Shown here one piece after another: positions 1-13,145 of a DNA stretch of 64,000 nt. How positions within the stretch are numbered: the first letter of the stretch is position 1; every line of letters begins with the position of its first letter. The notes under the pieces were generated by a model. That model was not told the origin of the DNA, did not search any database, and saw only the letters and a program-made list of their open reading frames with translations. Both the position numbers and the translations under genes were made by a program. The stretch covers positions 60,698,001 through 60,762,000 of the forward strand of contig OX597822.1 in assembly GCA_951406725.2 (NCBI GenBank), in the 5' to 3' direction. Origin of the DNA: Octopus vulgaris. Taxonomy: Eukaryota.

Positions 1-785
1 GACACAATGCAGCAATGGATCACAGACTGGCAACTGAAACTGACTGTGGACAAGTGTACCACCATGCATTTTGGGAGAAAAAACCCTGCGTTCACATACT
101 CCCTCCACAACACTGATATCAAGAAATCCTCTTGCGAGCGTGACCTAGGCATCACTGTCAGCAGTGATTTGCGTTGGACAAAGCATATCTCTAAAATTGT
201 CAAGAAGGCCGAGGGTGTCTTGGCATCACTCAGCAAAACTTTTGTTAGCCGCTCTCCAGCCATCTATTTAAAACTGTATACAGCTATGGTACGACCACAC
301 TTGGAATTCGCATCATCGGTTTGGAACCCCTATCTTGCTCAGAACATTGACCTCCTGGAATCTGTCCAGAGACGTGCAACCAAACGCATACCCTCCATCA
401 GACACCTACCATATTCTGAGCGCCTTGTTTCCCTGGGCATGGATTCACTGAAGCTCCGGCGTCTGGCGACGGACTTGGTAAACACCCACAAAGTTATCAA
501 CCACCTCACCAACAACAACACTGAACACCTTTTTGATCTCCATGTGTCTAACACACGTGGACATGCCTACAAAGTCAGAAAACAACACAGCTCCCATGAC
601 TTTCGGAAACATTTTTCACGCTCAGAGTTGCTGAAGCATGGAATAAACTGCCTGCGTCAGTTGTTGACTGCCATGACACTGCATCCTTTAAGGCCCTCAT
701 GCTTTCCGAAATCCGCCGATTATATATACACTTTAGATGAGTTGTAGTGCACCTGAGCACTGTACACAATTATTATTATTATTAT
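1..785 (+). mobile_element. CR1-type LINE 3' portion (RT C-terminus, 3' UTR, (ATT)n tail), truncated by the window edge
   Basis: ORF 7..747 has CR1/L2-type motifs (ERDLGI, LYTAMVRPHLEFASSVWNP, LESVQRRATK, TRGH); ends in attattatt; same family as 56221..59030. Confidence 0.9.
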
Positions 786-1330
786 ATATATGAGTTCTAT
801 TTCATCCTTTACTTTGCAGGGTTCCAAAGATTTCTAATAATGATTCTTCATCGGTAGCTTACTATTGTAAGTATTTTTTTTAAATATGAAAATGCTACAA
901 GTATAAGGTTTGTTATGAGCATTTATAGAGCACGTATCCCATATAAACTCAACAAACAGTTAAAGAAGGAGAAGAGAGGGCGTTAGAAGTCTTATAAAAT
1001 TTTAATCCATGCATACGATCGTCTCCAATGGTAATATTAACATGTAATAAACATGGAAAAAAATCAAAAATTAATTTAATTAAAATCATAATTAAATTAT
1101 TTACATATTACTGTTCTCCTCAGTGCGAAAGAAGAATACATCAAAAAGAATAAATCAGAAGGATATTATATTGTTACAGAAGTCTAGATGGAGTGAGTGT
1201 CATATAACGTATTCAGATATTCATAATATTATGAAAGATGAAATATAAAAACATGCTTAGGTAGTGTTGAGTCTAGTTGTGCATGAACTATAACTGACGC
1301 GGCTAACGGATATTTTGAAATATAAGTGAA

Positions 1331-2882
1331 CTAGCAAACGCACCCGTCCTTTGGACAGTTTAAGTTGCTTTCGTGGTATTTTTTTCACCAAATAATTGAA
1401 CTACCGAGAAGGTTTATGTGTAGCATGGCAATCTGTTTCCGATTAACCTAGGAACGGAAAACCAAACTGAAGGCTGGTTATTATGGAGGTCGTTGCACTC
1501 TTAATGATCATTGAACATATAAGTTTGCAAGCGATGTAAAGTAGAGCTACTGAAGTGTTTTGGGAGTAGATTACGGATAATGACTACAAAATATAGTTGT
1601 TCTACACGAAAGCGAAATTTCTTGTCAGAAACAGCCACATAAATGGTGTAAGGAAATTGAACGAAAATGTTGAAACTTCCCCTCTGCGAGTTTCTTTTTT
1701 TTTCTTTTTCGGAGAGAAAAGCTAACAAAAGCCCCTTCATTCTATCTTCCCACATAGCGTGCACATAAACTAACAACGAATGCTGCATGAAGTTAAACTG
1801 TTATGGAGCTTCCTGAAAGATACGTATAGCTTTCGCTAGTGGAAGCAAAACTCTTATTTAAAGGTTGATTCGTTGGGACGAATCATATGTGAGTTTTTAA
1901 AAAAGGCTAGAATGACAATGCTAAAACGTATTTGAAACAATGGATAGTAGTCGAAATATCATAATGGATGGGTAAATAAGCATCCTTAAAGTGAAACAAC
2001 GATATCAAAGTTTTAAAAAAAAGGTATCAACAAACAGAAGAGAGGGAAGGGGACATCACTTTTCAAGTAACTCAGAATAGGTAAAGTTTAATGCAGTTTA
2101 AATATGTAGATTAAGATAGTTTGGTATTGGATATTCATCATGTATACGTAGTTTTCCTAGTCAATTGAATTACCGTCGTAAGTGGACAGCAGAAATAAAC
2201 AGACAAAATCCTTTCACTTTTATAAAAAGAAAGATTAGTTATCGGCAGCTTGCATGAGCTTGCTAGCGCTTTTGGTTTCGTAAGTTTATGCAGCCGTGAA
2301 AAAAATCGATAATGCTTTTGCAGCAAAGTTGCATCTCACAACGATGATGTCATTTGAAGTATTATGTGCCAGGAAAAATTCAACATTTTTGTTTAATTTT
2401 CAAACTTTTTTCGAGCTTAAAAGCAAAATTTCACAGCGACTAAAAATGTGAATTATAGCCCTTCTCAAGGGCTACATGCAGATGTAATTTCTTTTCCTGA
2501 AGAGGCTTACAATGTGATCAGAAAAAAAATTAAAAGAAAACTCGTTTTTTCAACAATGAAAAATCTTTGCTTAGTAGCCTGAATTTCGCGACAAAATTCA
2601 TGATTATAAAGCACAACAGCCCAAAGTGCATGCTGTTGGGCGTTAGATACCAATCTGGAGGGGCTTAGAGCCCCCTTGAATCGATAAAAAATCACTCTTT
2701 TCACCATAGCAACCGCATCTTTCCAGATGGCGAGTTTAACCTACTCAACTCTCTGCCTCATCACGCCTTCTATGCCTGTGTCAATTTTCAGCTCGATCCG
2801 ACCACTGGTCTGGCCGCCAACCTCTGACGTAGCAAAATGTGCACACAATTTTGACCCAAAGCCTCTTTTATATATATATAGA
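1331..2882 (-). mobile_element. Helitron-like element with decayed helicase remnant
   Basis: On the minus strand it starts TC(TA)n and ends with hairpin ctgtcc-aaa-ggacgg then CTAG|T; ORF 1501..1788 contains VVIIRNLLPK, resembling the RepHel/Pif1 VMLLRNL.P motif. Confidence 0.6.
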
Positions 2883-3442
2883 AAATGTTTAAAAAAATAA
2901 TCTCTCTATATGAAGATAAGCAATATAGTGATTTACATTCCATATAAAGCATGGTATACAATGAAAAAAAATGAAAATAAATTATGGTGTATATTAAAAA
3001 GAAATTTTTTTTTTAATTTCTAGAATAAGAAATATAAGTAGTTAGTATAATTTTATATAAGTTACTTGAAATTTAAAAGACAAAAATATTTAGGGTTGTT
3101 GGGGAGTGATTATTAAGTTAATATAATGGGGAAAAAAGTTTTATTATTAGTTAAAAAGCATTATATTCGTTTGTGTGAAATAAGTCTAAGCGGAAGGATT
3201 AAAAAAAAAAGAATAGTTGTTAATATTACAGAATTGAGAGAGAAAATACGTGCTGTGGTTAAAAATATTGAAAAAAAACGTACAGTGATAAAAGAGTTTA
3301 TTTGAAATGTTGAATAAGGTAACAATGAAGGGGAGATAAGGCTAAGGTAACTTCGTAAGAAAGATTTTTCGAAAAAATACGTTTCTATATTTTAATATTA
3401 ACTATGTTAGATATTTTTAAAACATTACAATATGAATTGAGA

Positions 3443-3590
3443 ATCGTACTGTAGAGTTATTATATACCCTACAAGAGCAACCTGCCTCCTCCTTTGCATA
3501 ACATAAAAAATACTTTATCAAGTATCCACAATGCAAGGGAAGAGGCAGGTTGCCTCTTGAAGGGTATGTAATAACTGTCCAATGCGATAC
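3443..3590. repeat. Short imperfect palindrome, MITE-like (about 55-bp arms)
   Basis: gttattatataccctacaagagcaacctgcctc is inverted as gaggcaggttgcctcttgaagggtatgtaataac. Confidence 0.6.
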
Positions 3591-4136
3591 CTAGACCTAA
3601 TATCTGTAATAACAGTAATGAAACATCGGACAGCAGATTAACCACGTCTCACACCAATCCAGTTGCCACGCCCAGAGATAATAACCAAACCGGGACCAGC
3701 ATCTCAGAGAGCGTCACCGAAGATCTCGATACCACCGCCACAGATAATGAACAAACAATAGATGCAGATAGAGTGACCAGTACAGACGCCGCACCTGGAA
3801 ATAATGATCTATCAAGAATCAACGACTTGGAGGGGGTATCTGCCATTCCCAGTTCCGCCACCTCAGTTGAGGACCAAACATTCATCTTCGACACCGATGA
3901 GATGACCAGCCCCGAGCCGTATGTTGCCAGGAGTGCGAATAGGGCCACATCGATGTTTATAAATATATTGGTTCGGCGAGTACTTCGTTCAAGAAACGTT
4001 TTTTTAACCACTAGTCCTCCTTCAGAGTTCCAGAAAGACGGTTTGTCACGTCCCTGGCCCGCCATGAGTGGTACCTCAAAGATCAAAGGACTTCGAGTGA
4101 TGTCAAGTGGAAATTAATTGATTTTCCGGGCCCGTG

Positions 4137-4320
4137 TAATAATAATAATGAAATTATTGTATACAGAGCTCAGGTGCACCACAACTTGTCAAAAGTACGT
4201 ATAAAGCATGTGCAGTAATGTACAAATGTCTGGAAAGTGAACAGTGTATGAGTCAGATACGTGCTTGCGTGTGCATGGAGGGGAGAAAATCAGGTGCAGT
4301 GTTGGCGAATCACCTGATTT
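4137..4320 (-). mobile_element. CR1-type LINE 3' UTR fragment
   Basis: (aat)n-gaaattattgtatacagagctcaggtgcaccacaacttg matches the tail at 56221..56400. Confidence 0.85.
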
Positions 4321-4999
4321 TGTATTAATGGAAAATCTGTATCGCGGACAGAGCCAAAATTCTTAAATATTTTAAGAAGCCTGGCGCATTAAACAGCCGT
4401 AAAGAAGTATTTTCTAAATGTATCCACTTCAAACGCTACTTACTAGAAAATTGGATCTCCCCGTTTGATCATTAGGCCATTTAAAAAAAATTTTATTATC
4501 TCTCAGTTTAAGGGAGATAACCCGTACTCATTAACGTTTTTTCGTATTCCCCAAGCTCTGAGCGTTTCCTCACGTCTGCGATGTAGACATTTTAAAATTT
4601 TGTATTCATATAGAGCCTAAAGAGCTGTCCACAAAGCTTTAGTTTTGTGGGTGTGAAACCTTGGGTAACTCTATGTCCAAGATATAAAATTTTGTTGTAA
4701 TAATTCCTGCTCTATATTTTTAGAGTGTGCTTTTATTAACTGTGTGTGTGTATAAGCTATAGTTTGTGACTTACCGTCGAGTCCGTTGAAGTTTTTTTTG
4801 TGAAAGAGTGCATGGCGGAAAGACAGTGGTAGTAGTTATAAAGTGGTTCTATAAAGTACTAAAAAGGAAGCGAGAGGATAGATATTTCTGACGTGTTTAT
4901 AACCTGAAATATTTTTTTTAAATGCTTTGTTGTTAATGACAACAAATATAAGGGAGATAACTTGACGTATTTAAATGAAATTGTCCAACGCTTTTGTAC

Positions 5000-5610
5000 G
5001 ATGTCGGAAGCTATCCAGCTTGATAAGTTACGTTGAACACCTGCTGTCGCATCTGGAACGAGTACAGCTATCAGCTGGATCTATAATAAAGATGATACCA
5101 CCAACTGGACTCTCAAAGGAAGGTAAGGCATATTTTTACTGTACGGTTGCAGTACTGAAAGAGTGTGTTTGGAGGACTAGAATGGAAGGTTCTGTGACAG
5201 GGTCCTTCATCTCTGGCCCCGGTTTGCTGTCTTACTTCAGATACCATCTGAAGAGCAAGATGGGGTTGGAGAGGAAGACCCTGCCACCGAGTGAATACGA
5301 GAAACGATGGAAGGATGTGATGAGAAAGGTGGGTGTTAGTAACCCAGCTTAATCATTGATGAAAGGAAAAGATAGTCGCTGGGCCTTATAGGCTGCCGGG
5401 TTCGATCTTTTTGAACTTTTATTCGTTTTCTTTCTTTGTTTTTGTTTTTTAAAAAAAGTTCTAGTTTAAGGTAAAAATTAATCGTTATATAAAATATTTT
5501 CTGAGCAAATTTTTAACATAATGCCCAATCGAACTCATTTAACATATTTGTATTTGTTTGTCTTGTAATGCCCTTTTCTATGTACGATCTGTTTGATCAT
5601 AATAAAGATT
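5000..5610 (+). mobile_element. L1/Tx1-like LINE ORF2 C-terminus and 3' UTR
   Basis: AVLKECVWRTR...LLSYFRYHLKSKMGLERK...KRW is homologous to the 27070..27990 copy; T-rich UTR with aataaa near 5600. Confidence 0.65.
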
Positions 5611-5939
5611 TTATGTCATATGGCCTCTCGTGTATAGGTGCATTTGTGAGTATTTTAGGTATCATTCTGAGGGAATGATTTACCATAAAATACTGCAAAG
5701 ATGTACACTCTCTCTTGTGTAAATTTCTGCTTAGTTAAGGTAGTTCTTTTATAGAATGATTTATTGCATATATGAGAGTGAAATGGCTTCTCTCCTGTAT
5801 GAATGTGTTTGTGTCAAGTTTCGGATCAGGACTCTCACATAACTTGGATTTTCTCCGTTGTGACGAGGATTTTCCCATTTTGTTTTATTATATATATATA
5901 TATATATACACACAATGGCTTCGAGATGAGTAGGGGAAG

Positions 5940-7220
5940 CATCTTTTTAAACAAAAGCCCTTTGGAAAAACGTTTAATTTATTTTTCACTTCATCCTTCT
6001 CATTGTCCCACTCCAGATCGATTTTAGTCAATTTTTTTGGCACTACGCACTCAAAAACCATGGGGAAAAGCCTTTACAGGTAAAAAAAAAATTGTAAATA
6101 TTTTCAAACGAAAATGTGTGATTTAAGGGAGAGTTTGCTGTTGTTTCTCGTACATCCCACGACCACCTTCCTCGTTTCTTTGTCTTTCTATGTATTGATG
6201 TTTTTCAATATTTTTCTCCCTATAAACCCATTTACGCTATAAAAAAGAATTTTGAAAATTTACGATTTTTTTCAAACCCTTCCTTCCCGGCTTCTTTCTG
6301 TTTATAATATTAGAGAGCCTGATAAAGTTAATGATAATAATAATGAAATTATTGTATACGGTGCTCATTTGCACCACAACTTGTCAAAAGTGCATAAAGC
6401 ATATGCAGTAATGTAGAAATGTCTGGAAAGTGAACAGTGTATGAGTCAAATACATGCTTGCGTTGTATGGAGGGGAGAAAATCAGGTGTAGTGTTGGCGA
6501 ATCACCTGATTTTGGAAGTTTTGAAGGATGCGGTGCTTCGACAACTAACAACTGATGCCGGCAGTTTGTTCCATGCTTCAGCAACTCTTAGCGTGAAAAA
6601 GCGTTTCAGAATGTCATGGGAGCTGTGCTGTTTTCTGACTTTGTAAACATGTCCACGGGTGTTAGACAGGTGGAGTTTGAAAGGTGCTCAGAGTTATTGT
6701 TAGTAATGCTAGGATTTAACCACAGTAATTTAAAAGAAAGGGGTTTGTAAAAGATAATATATTTTGATAGCATACCTTTCTGTTTGTAAGTATGTTTTTC
6801 TTACACACACGCTCACACTCGCTTGGTTCAGGTGAGAGCTTAAAAATTTAGATTACTTTTTCCTTTTTTTATTTTTGTTGCTTATATCCCAGTATTGAAC
6901 CACTTATGTGTTAATTCCTCTTCACCATTACATAAAATGTGTTTATGGGGAGAAAAATATTGAAATATATCAATGCATGTGGGAGTAACAAAGAAACGAG
7001 GAAGGTGGACGTGGGATGTGCCAAATCTCTCTTAAATCTCACACATTTTCATCTAAAAATATTTACTATTTTTCTACTGGAATGACTTCTCGCATGGTTT
7101 TTAAGTCCGTAGAGCCAAAAAATTGGCCAAAATTGGGCCCGAAGTGGGGTGAGGAGGTAAGAGGCAAAGTGAAAAAAATATCATAAATCTTCAAAACATT
7201 TTTTTTTCCATAGAGAGATG
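5940..7220. repeat. Old foldback/MITE-like element with about 290-bp diverged inverted arms, interrupted by a CR1 fragment
   Basis: catcccacgaccaccttcctcgtttctttg (about 6153) is inverted as caaagaaacgaggaaggtggacgtgggatg (about 6989); a related arm occurs near 55790..55990. Confidence 0.6.
6331..6710 (-). mobile_element. CR1-type LINE 3' fragment
   Basis: Closely similar to 56221..56600 including the (aat)n tail. Confidence 0.85.
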
Positions 7221-7552
7221 ACTCCTATCATTTCGAAGGTCATGGTGAAAACAAAATTGGAAAACTCCCCCATCAGAACTGAGAAAATCTAGCTTATGTG
7301 GGTGGGCATCCTGATACGAAACTCTACCTCCAGAAGCATTTAAACATACCAGATCACTGCTACAAGGTAAAAACCGCCAGAACATCTAGGCAGACCACAA
7401 TGTTAATACAGTACCAACAGTACACAAGAGCACAGGCACACACTAAGACACATCCACTTTAACACAATACCAAGAACAGCTACTGCCCCACCAATATACA
7501 CGGTCATTACATTACCAATATAAACGCGACATAGCTACACAAGTGTGTCAAG

Positions 7553-8125
7553 CCCCCGACTTTGTTTCATAACTTTCAGAAAAATTAATATATTTGATGA
7601 AATTTATCTACAAATATGCTTCAGATGGTGTAGATTCTGATTAGATTGGAATTTCCCACAAGTCTGTTTTGTTTTCTCATGACTTTCAGATAATGGCTAT
7701 CTTTTATTTATTTTTTTATTTTCTACAAATATTTTTTCAGATTATATACATTACAGTTATATTGGAATGTAATGTAGAAAATAATGCTGGGCACCCATAC
7801 ATACATACTGACACAAATTTTTCAAAATTTCAATTTTCATCACTGTGTTTGTAGTTAGAGCCCACCAGTTTTCTTTTTCATATGAAATGTTGATACAATT
7901 GTAATCTACAGTATCTGAAAGGTATTTGTAGAAAAGTTCATTTAAAAAAATATCTATTTTTCTTAATGTTACGAGGAAATAAAACCCAACTCACACAAAT
8001 TTTCCCACCACGCAACAAATTCTAATATAAACAGAATCTACACCACCTGGAACATATTTATAGAAAATTTTATTTTAAAATATACATTTTTCTGAAAGTT
8101 ATGAGGACGCAAATTCGGTGGGGGC
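7553..8125. repeat. MITE-like element with about 90-bp inverted ends
   Basis: cataactttcagaaaaat...ggtgtagattctg is inverted as cagaatctacacc...atttttctgaaagttatg; related units at 55295..55560. Confidence 0.55.
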
Positions 8126-8404
8126 ACACATGTGTAGGAATGTCTATAAAAGCAACCCCTGTAACATAAATATACATAGTCACTATCTCATCAATATTTT
8201 AACCACCATGAATATCAAAACATTACTCAAAAACTACTACAGTAACAATACACATAGCCCACTCTACTATGAACACACACACACACTATATAATCTAGAT
8301 CAGTTGTTCTCAAGCAGTGCACTATGGAGCACTAAAGTAGTGCAATGAGTAGCCAGATGCAGTGTGGATAAAAAGCACTTCCCACCTCGCCTGTGTTTGT
8401 GTCA

Positions 8405-9135
8405 CATAAAAAGCACTAAATCCACTCTGCTTAGTGGTTGGTGTTAGGAAGGGCATCAGCTGTAAAAATCTTGCCAAAGCAGTCACAGAAGTCCAGTGTA
8501 GGCTTCAGCCTGGCTGGCTCTTGTGGTACTGTCCCACTCATGCTAGCATGGAACATGGATGTTAAATGATGATGATATTAACTCTATAAAAAATTCAAAC
8601 TAAAGCTTCAGTGTCTTGAACATGGCTGTGTTATGTACACAAATATGGTTAAGCTAAATGGCATACTTAATGTATGGCATCTAGATAGCATACTTAATGT
8701 ATAAGTATTGTTGATCAGCCAGTTACCACAATATTTGACCTGAGCTAGAATTTCTTGTTGATTTGTTGTGTTGAAAACGCAATAAATATCAAAGAGAGAT
8801 GAAAATTCACCCCAGCATAGGTCACTGAGTGCCATGACCAAGGGGGCCCCCAAGTTCGGTGCCACTTAAAAAGCATCCAATCCACACTGTAAAGTGGTTG
8901 GCATTTGGAAAAGCATCTATCTGTAAAAACTATGCTAAAACTGACCTCGCCTGTGCTTGTGCCATGTAAAAAGCACTCAGCCCACTCTGCCAGGTGGTTG
9001 GTTTTAGGAAATACATTCAGCTATAAAAACCCTGCCAAAACAGACACAGAAATCTGGTGCAGGCTTCTGCCTGGCCAACTCCTGTCAAACTGTCCAACCC
9101 ATGCCAGTTAAATGATGATGATGGTGGTGATGATG
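8405..9135 (+). mobile_element. Two copies of the RTE-associated 3' tail / SINE repeat
   Basis: aaaagcac...gtggttgg..ttaggaagggcatc...cccatgc.agcatgg..(gat)n, as at the end of the RTE at 26390..26563. Confidence 0.7.
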
Positions 9136-9645
9136 CAAAAGGCCACATGTTGTATTTGTAGTTGAGGCAATTTGCAATTGCTTTGTAAATTTTTTCCTTT
9201 AAAGCAGTTTCTTATTAACTTTCCATGAAGGCACACCAGTAAATTTTATATTTCATCTCCAGTTTGACAAAAAGATTGAGGAACTCTGTTCTAGATGCAT
9301 CAACAATACAATAGATCAGTGCTTCTCAGACTGACAAATACCAGACACTATCAGCCAAAATATTATGGGAAATATTTTGTTTCACCCTTCTTTAATAATG
9401 AGAAAATAAAATATAGTTTGCATCAATATGATTTTTCTTCTTTTGCCATGCTGATGGACAATTTTAAAGTCATCTCAATTTTTAAATATGGCATTTTGTC
9501 TGCCCCTTTTCAATACTCACCAGAACCATAAGAGAACAGCCATTCCATCCTCCTCCACACACCTCCCACCATGAGAAGCACTAAACTAGAACATGAGATA
9601 CCATGAGGCCTTCTTAGCATTCACTCAAACTGCTCAACAGAACTA

Positions 9646-10168
9646 CCGTAAATCTTCAAGTATAGTCCGCCCTTGAGTAAAATACACAGGGGATTTTTAG
9701 GGGGCTGTACTTCTGAAAAACCTAAACCTTGTGTATAATACGCACTCCTTCTCTAACTTGAGTTGTGCGTAATTAAACCAGCAGCACCTAGTCGAACAAA
9801 CACTTTCGCGCATGTGTAATACAATAATGGTGATGTTCTTAACTGTTATATGGGAATGTAAATATGTTTGCAAATTGTTTTTTTTTACATGTTATTCTGT
9901 GTTCTGAATACTTTTATTTTAATAAATGTTGCTTACTGCAAGTTATGGATAATTCTTTTATGACTTCATTGCTTTTAGGCTTAGCTTAAGGTATTTTCGC
10001 ACCTGACATCCCAAAATGCATCTGAATAAACATTGCCAGACAGCAAATAGAGACTTGGACATTGCTTAGAAAATACTTTTATTTTTTAACCTCGTATAAA
10101 GTACGCACTAGGGATTTTGACCATTAAATTTTGGGAAAACAGTGCGGATTATACTTGAGGATTTACGG
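9646..10168. mobile_element. Tc1/pogo-type MITE
   Basis: TIR ccgtaaatcttcaagtatagtccgc / gcggattatacttgaggatttacgg flanked by TA on both sides. Confidence 0.8.
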
Positions 10169-10479
10169 TATATCATTCTTTTCAAAAACAACTTTCCATC
10201 TTACAAAACAAAAAAATATTGAAGATTACATTGCATAATGTCGTCCTAGGTGCACTACATCTAAGGAAAGACTGGACGTTCCTGGCTGGAGCATTTTTTA
10301 TCTTATGTCTGTTTAATAAAAGCTGAATTGTTGCTAAACAGTAGTTCTACTTTTCATGAACCCATTAACTGCAACATATCTTGATTTAAATTCATCTCTT
10401 GCGTACACAGTTCTCTTATTTGTTGCTCTTATGTAGTTTCTCTTGCTTAAACTTCAGCAAGAAGTATTCTTATTTCTTA

Positions 10480-10702
10480 TTTCCTTATTGCCTACAAGGG
10501 GCTAAACATAGAGGGGACAAACAAGGACAGACAAACGGATTAAGTCGATTACATCAACCCCAGTGCGTTACTGGTAATTAATTTATCGACCCCGAAAAGA
10601 TGAAAGGCAAAGTCGACCTTGGCGGAATTTGAACTCAGAACGTAGCGGCAGACGAAATACCGCTAAGCATTTCGCCTGGCATGCTAACGATTCTGCCAGC
10701 TC
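10480..10702 (-). mobile_element. tRNA-derived SINE
   Basis: Reverse complement gives gagctggcagaatcgttagc (A box) ... gagttcaaattccgcc (B box); many related copies (about 22070, 30450-30745, 43790, 59430, 62515, 62750, 63680). Confidence 0.8.
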
Positions 10703-12809
10703 GAAGTATTCTGTGGCCATTTGAATAGTCATTTTCTGACCCACAGAATTCATCCATTCCATGTGTCCTTACAAAGATACATACAGTCCCAATACCACAG
10801 ATATTTGGAGGACCACCACAAATAGTCTCTGCACTATACATTCATAGTATTTAACTCTATATGAATAAAATATGTCACTATATCACATATAACATGACAC
10901 AATTCAGAGCACCATAATAACAATACAAACACTAAAGTAGCATAGTATATAGGATACTGTGTGTACATGCTACTGTACACTATGTCAACATAGTATAGGA
11001 CAGTAACATTGACTGGACACTACATATATGTTAGGGAGGGCGTCCAGCTGTAGGAACTGCCAAGCCAGCCTGGAACCTGGTGTAGCTCCCCAGCTTACCA
11101 GTTTCAGTCAAACTGTCTAACCTATACCAGCATGGAAAGTGGACTTTAAATGATGATGATGTATATGGTTTAAGGCACTACATGTACTTGGTATAAAGCA
11201 CTGTATTTACATATTATGATACAATATCAAGGTAGTATAGCTTATTGTATTAACATAACATGTAATATGTTTGCATTGTCTAGGACATTATATCAACATA
11301 ATTCAAAATCCAGTTTGTACATAGTGTATATGGCATACTATATGAATATAGTATAGGATGCTATTTGTATATAGGATACTATGCACATATAGATTGGAAT
11401 GACTGTGATAAAGCAAAATGTTTAGCATTTCATTTAACAAACTATAGACCTTAAATCTTCACATTATGGCTTCCTCAAGTTGAGATTTCTTGATTACAGA
11501 AATTGTAAAGTGTAACCACTAATTTTAGGATACAGTCTATACAGAAACTTGAATAAATTTTAACTATTTCAAAATTATACTTTCTTTTTAGCCAAAAGAC
11601 CATTGAACAATTCGAAAATCTACAATCTCAATACATGCATGCATATTGTAAGAAGGTGATTTGAAGCACAAGACATAAACAAAGATCGGACTCGGTAGTG
11701 AGTTTCACATTCCACTGAGGGTAGCATAATGTTGGGTGTCAACCTCAGGATAGGCAAGAATGCAAAATACAAGCCAGAAATAATATACAGAAAACAGGTA
11801 TGGTATTTGATACTTTATAGAACATACACACATTTCAACAAACCACCATAATAATTACGTAACAGATGTAGAAACATGCAATCTTGCACTTTACTTCATC
11901 AATGCTCTGTAATAAATACAATGACTGATGTTTAAAGCTCCAAATATATACACTTTTCCCATTATGCAAATTAACAATTTCACATGCCATACCATATAGC
12001 AAGAGACATTCATAGTATTTAAGTACATCATAAATGTACAAGGTTACACCCCTCCCAAATTTATGAAGATGCAACCAAGTAAATTTTTTTTATAAAAACA
12101 ACTAATGTAGTTATTAAATAACTGTACCATAATACAGCTATCTGTGTATGTATATCATATTAGAGTGCTAACAACAGGTTCCTAAATCTGTCTTGCTAAT
12201 TTGTTACACTGTGGAAAGGGGATGGTAAAAGTGCATGATAGAGAGAGAGAAATTCAGATGAATGCTGCTGGCACACATACTCACACAGCTGTTTCTCTGG
12301 TATCTTCAGTTACATTAAAATACCAAAGGGGTGATGAAATGGTGTGCAATGGATAGAGATTCAAACAATTATCGGCACATTCACACACACATACAAATGC
12401 TGATATGCACATGCACACATAACAATTAGCTGTGTGAGATAATTTGGGGTATGTGTATATATGTGCATGTCATTAGTATTTGTATGCATGTGTTCACAGT
12501 CTTTGAGTTTCTCACAATTCACCTGATGATTTAATGCCTCCATCTTCAGGCAAGCCCTTGTGAAGATTGAACAATAGCATTATTTCACAATTTTCTTGTT
12601 TTTATATATATGTGTGAGTGACTTATAACATTTAAAATGTTATATCGATCTTTAATATTTAGAAATGTGTATTGATTTAACAAACAGCTGGAAAATTTAT
12701 TATCTAATTAAATGTGTTGTTCATATTCTTTAACCTGCTTGATTAGTGTAGAAAGAAAGTGTAGTATATTTTCTATATTTGAGGAAGAAAATATTAATGA
12801 ATTTTTCAG

Positions 12810-13145
12810 TTATATATTTAAGAGATGAGGAATTATGCACATTATTTACATTCGACAGATATATGTCATCTTGTTAGTTGTTAACACACTTTGGGTGATA
12901 TACCCTCCAGCCTTCTTCGGGTGTCTTGGGGAAATTTCAAACCTGGGTTCTAATTCCTAAGGTATTTTTCTATGTTGTTGTTGTTCAGGTAACTGCTTGG
13001 AATCGAACTTGGAATTTTGGGGTTAGTAGCCCGCGCTCTTAACCACTACGCCATATGCCCATGGGCATATGGCATAGTGGTTAAGACACCTGAAGAAGGC
13101 TGGAGGGTATAAGCAAAATGAGGACAAATATCTGTTGAATGTAAT
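12810..13145. mobile_element. Foldback element with tRNA-like head and decayed hammerhead ribozyme
   Basis: Palindrome centred at 13061/13062; the minus arm has tggcgtagtggttaagagcgcgggctactaacccc...gttcgattcc; CTGAAGA-aggctg core at 13090 and a decayed inverted copy at 12884..12925. Confidence 0.65.

Noticed and set aside
12985-13060. Genuine tRNA gene
   Set aside because: The acceptor stem does not pair convincingly and it is embedded in a repeat element; treated as a tRNA-derived head.
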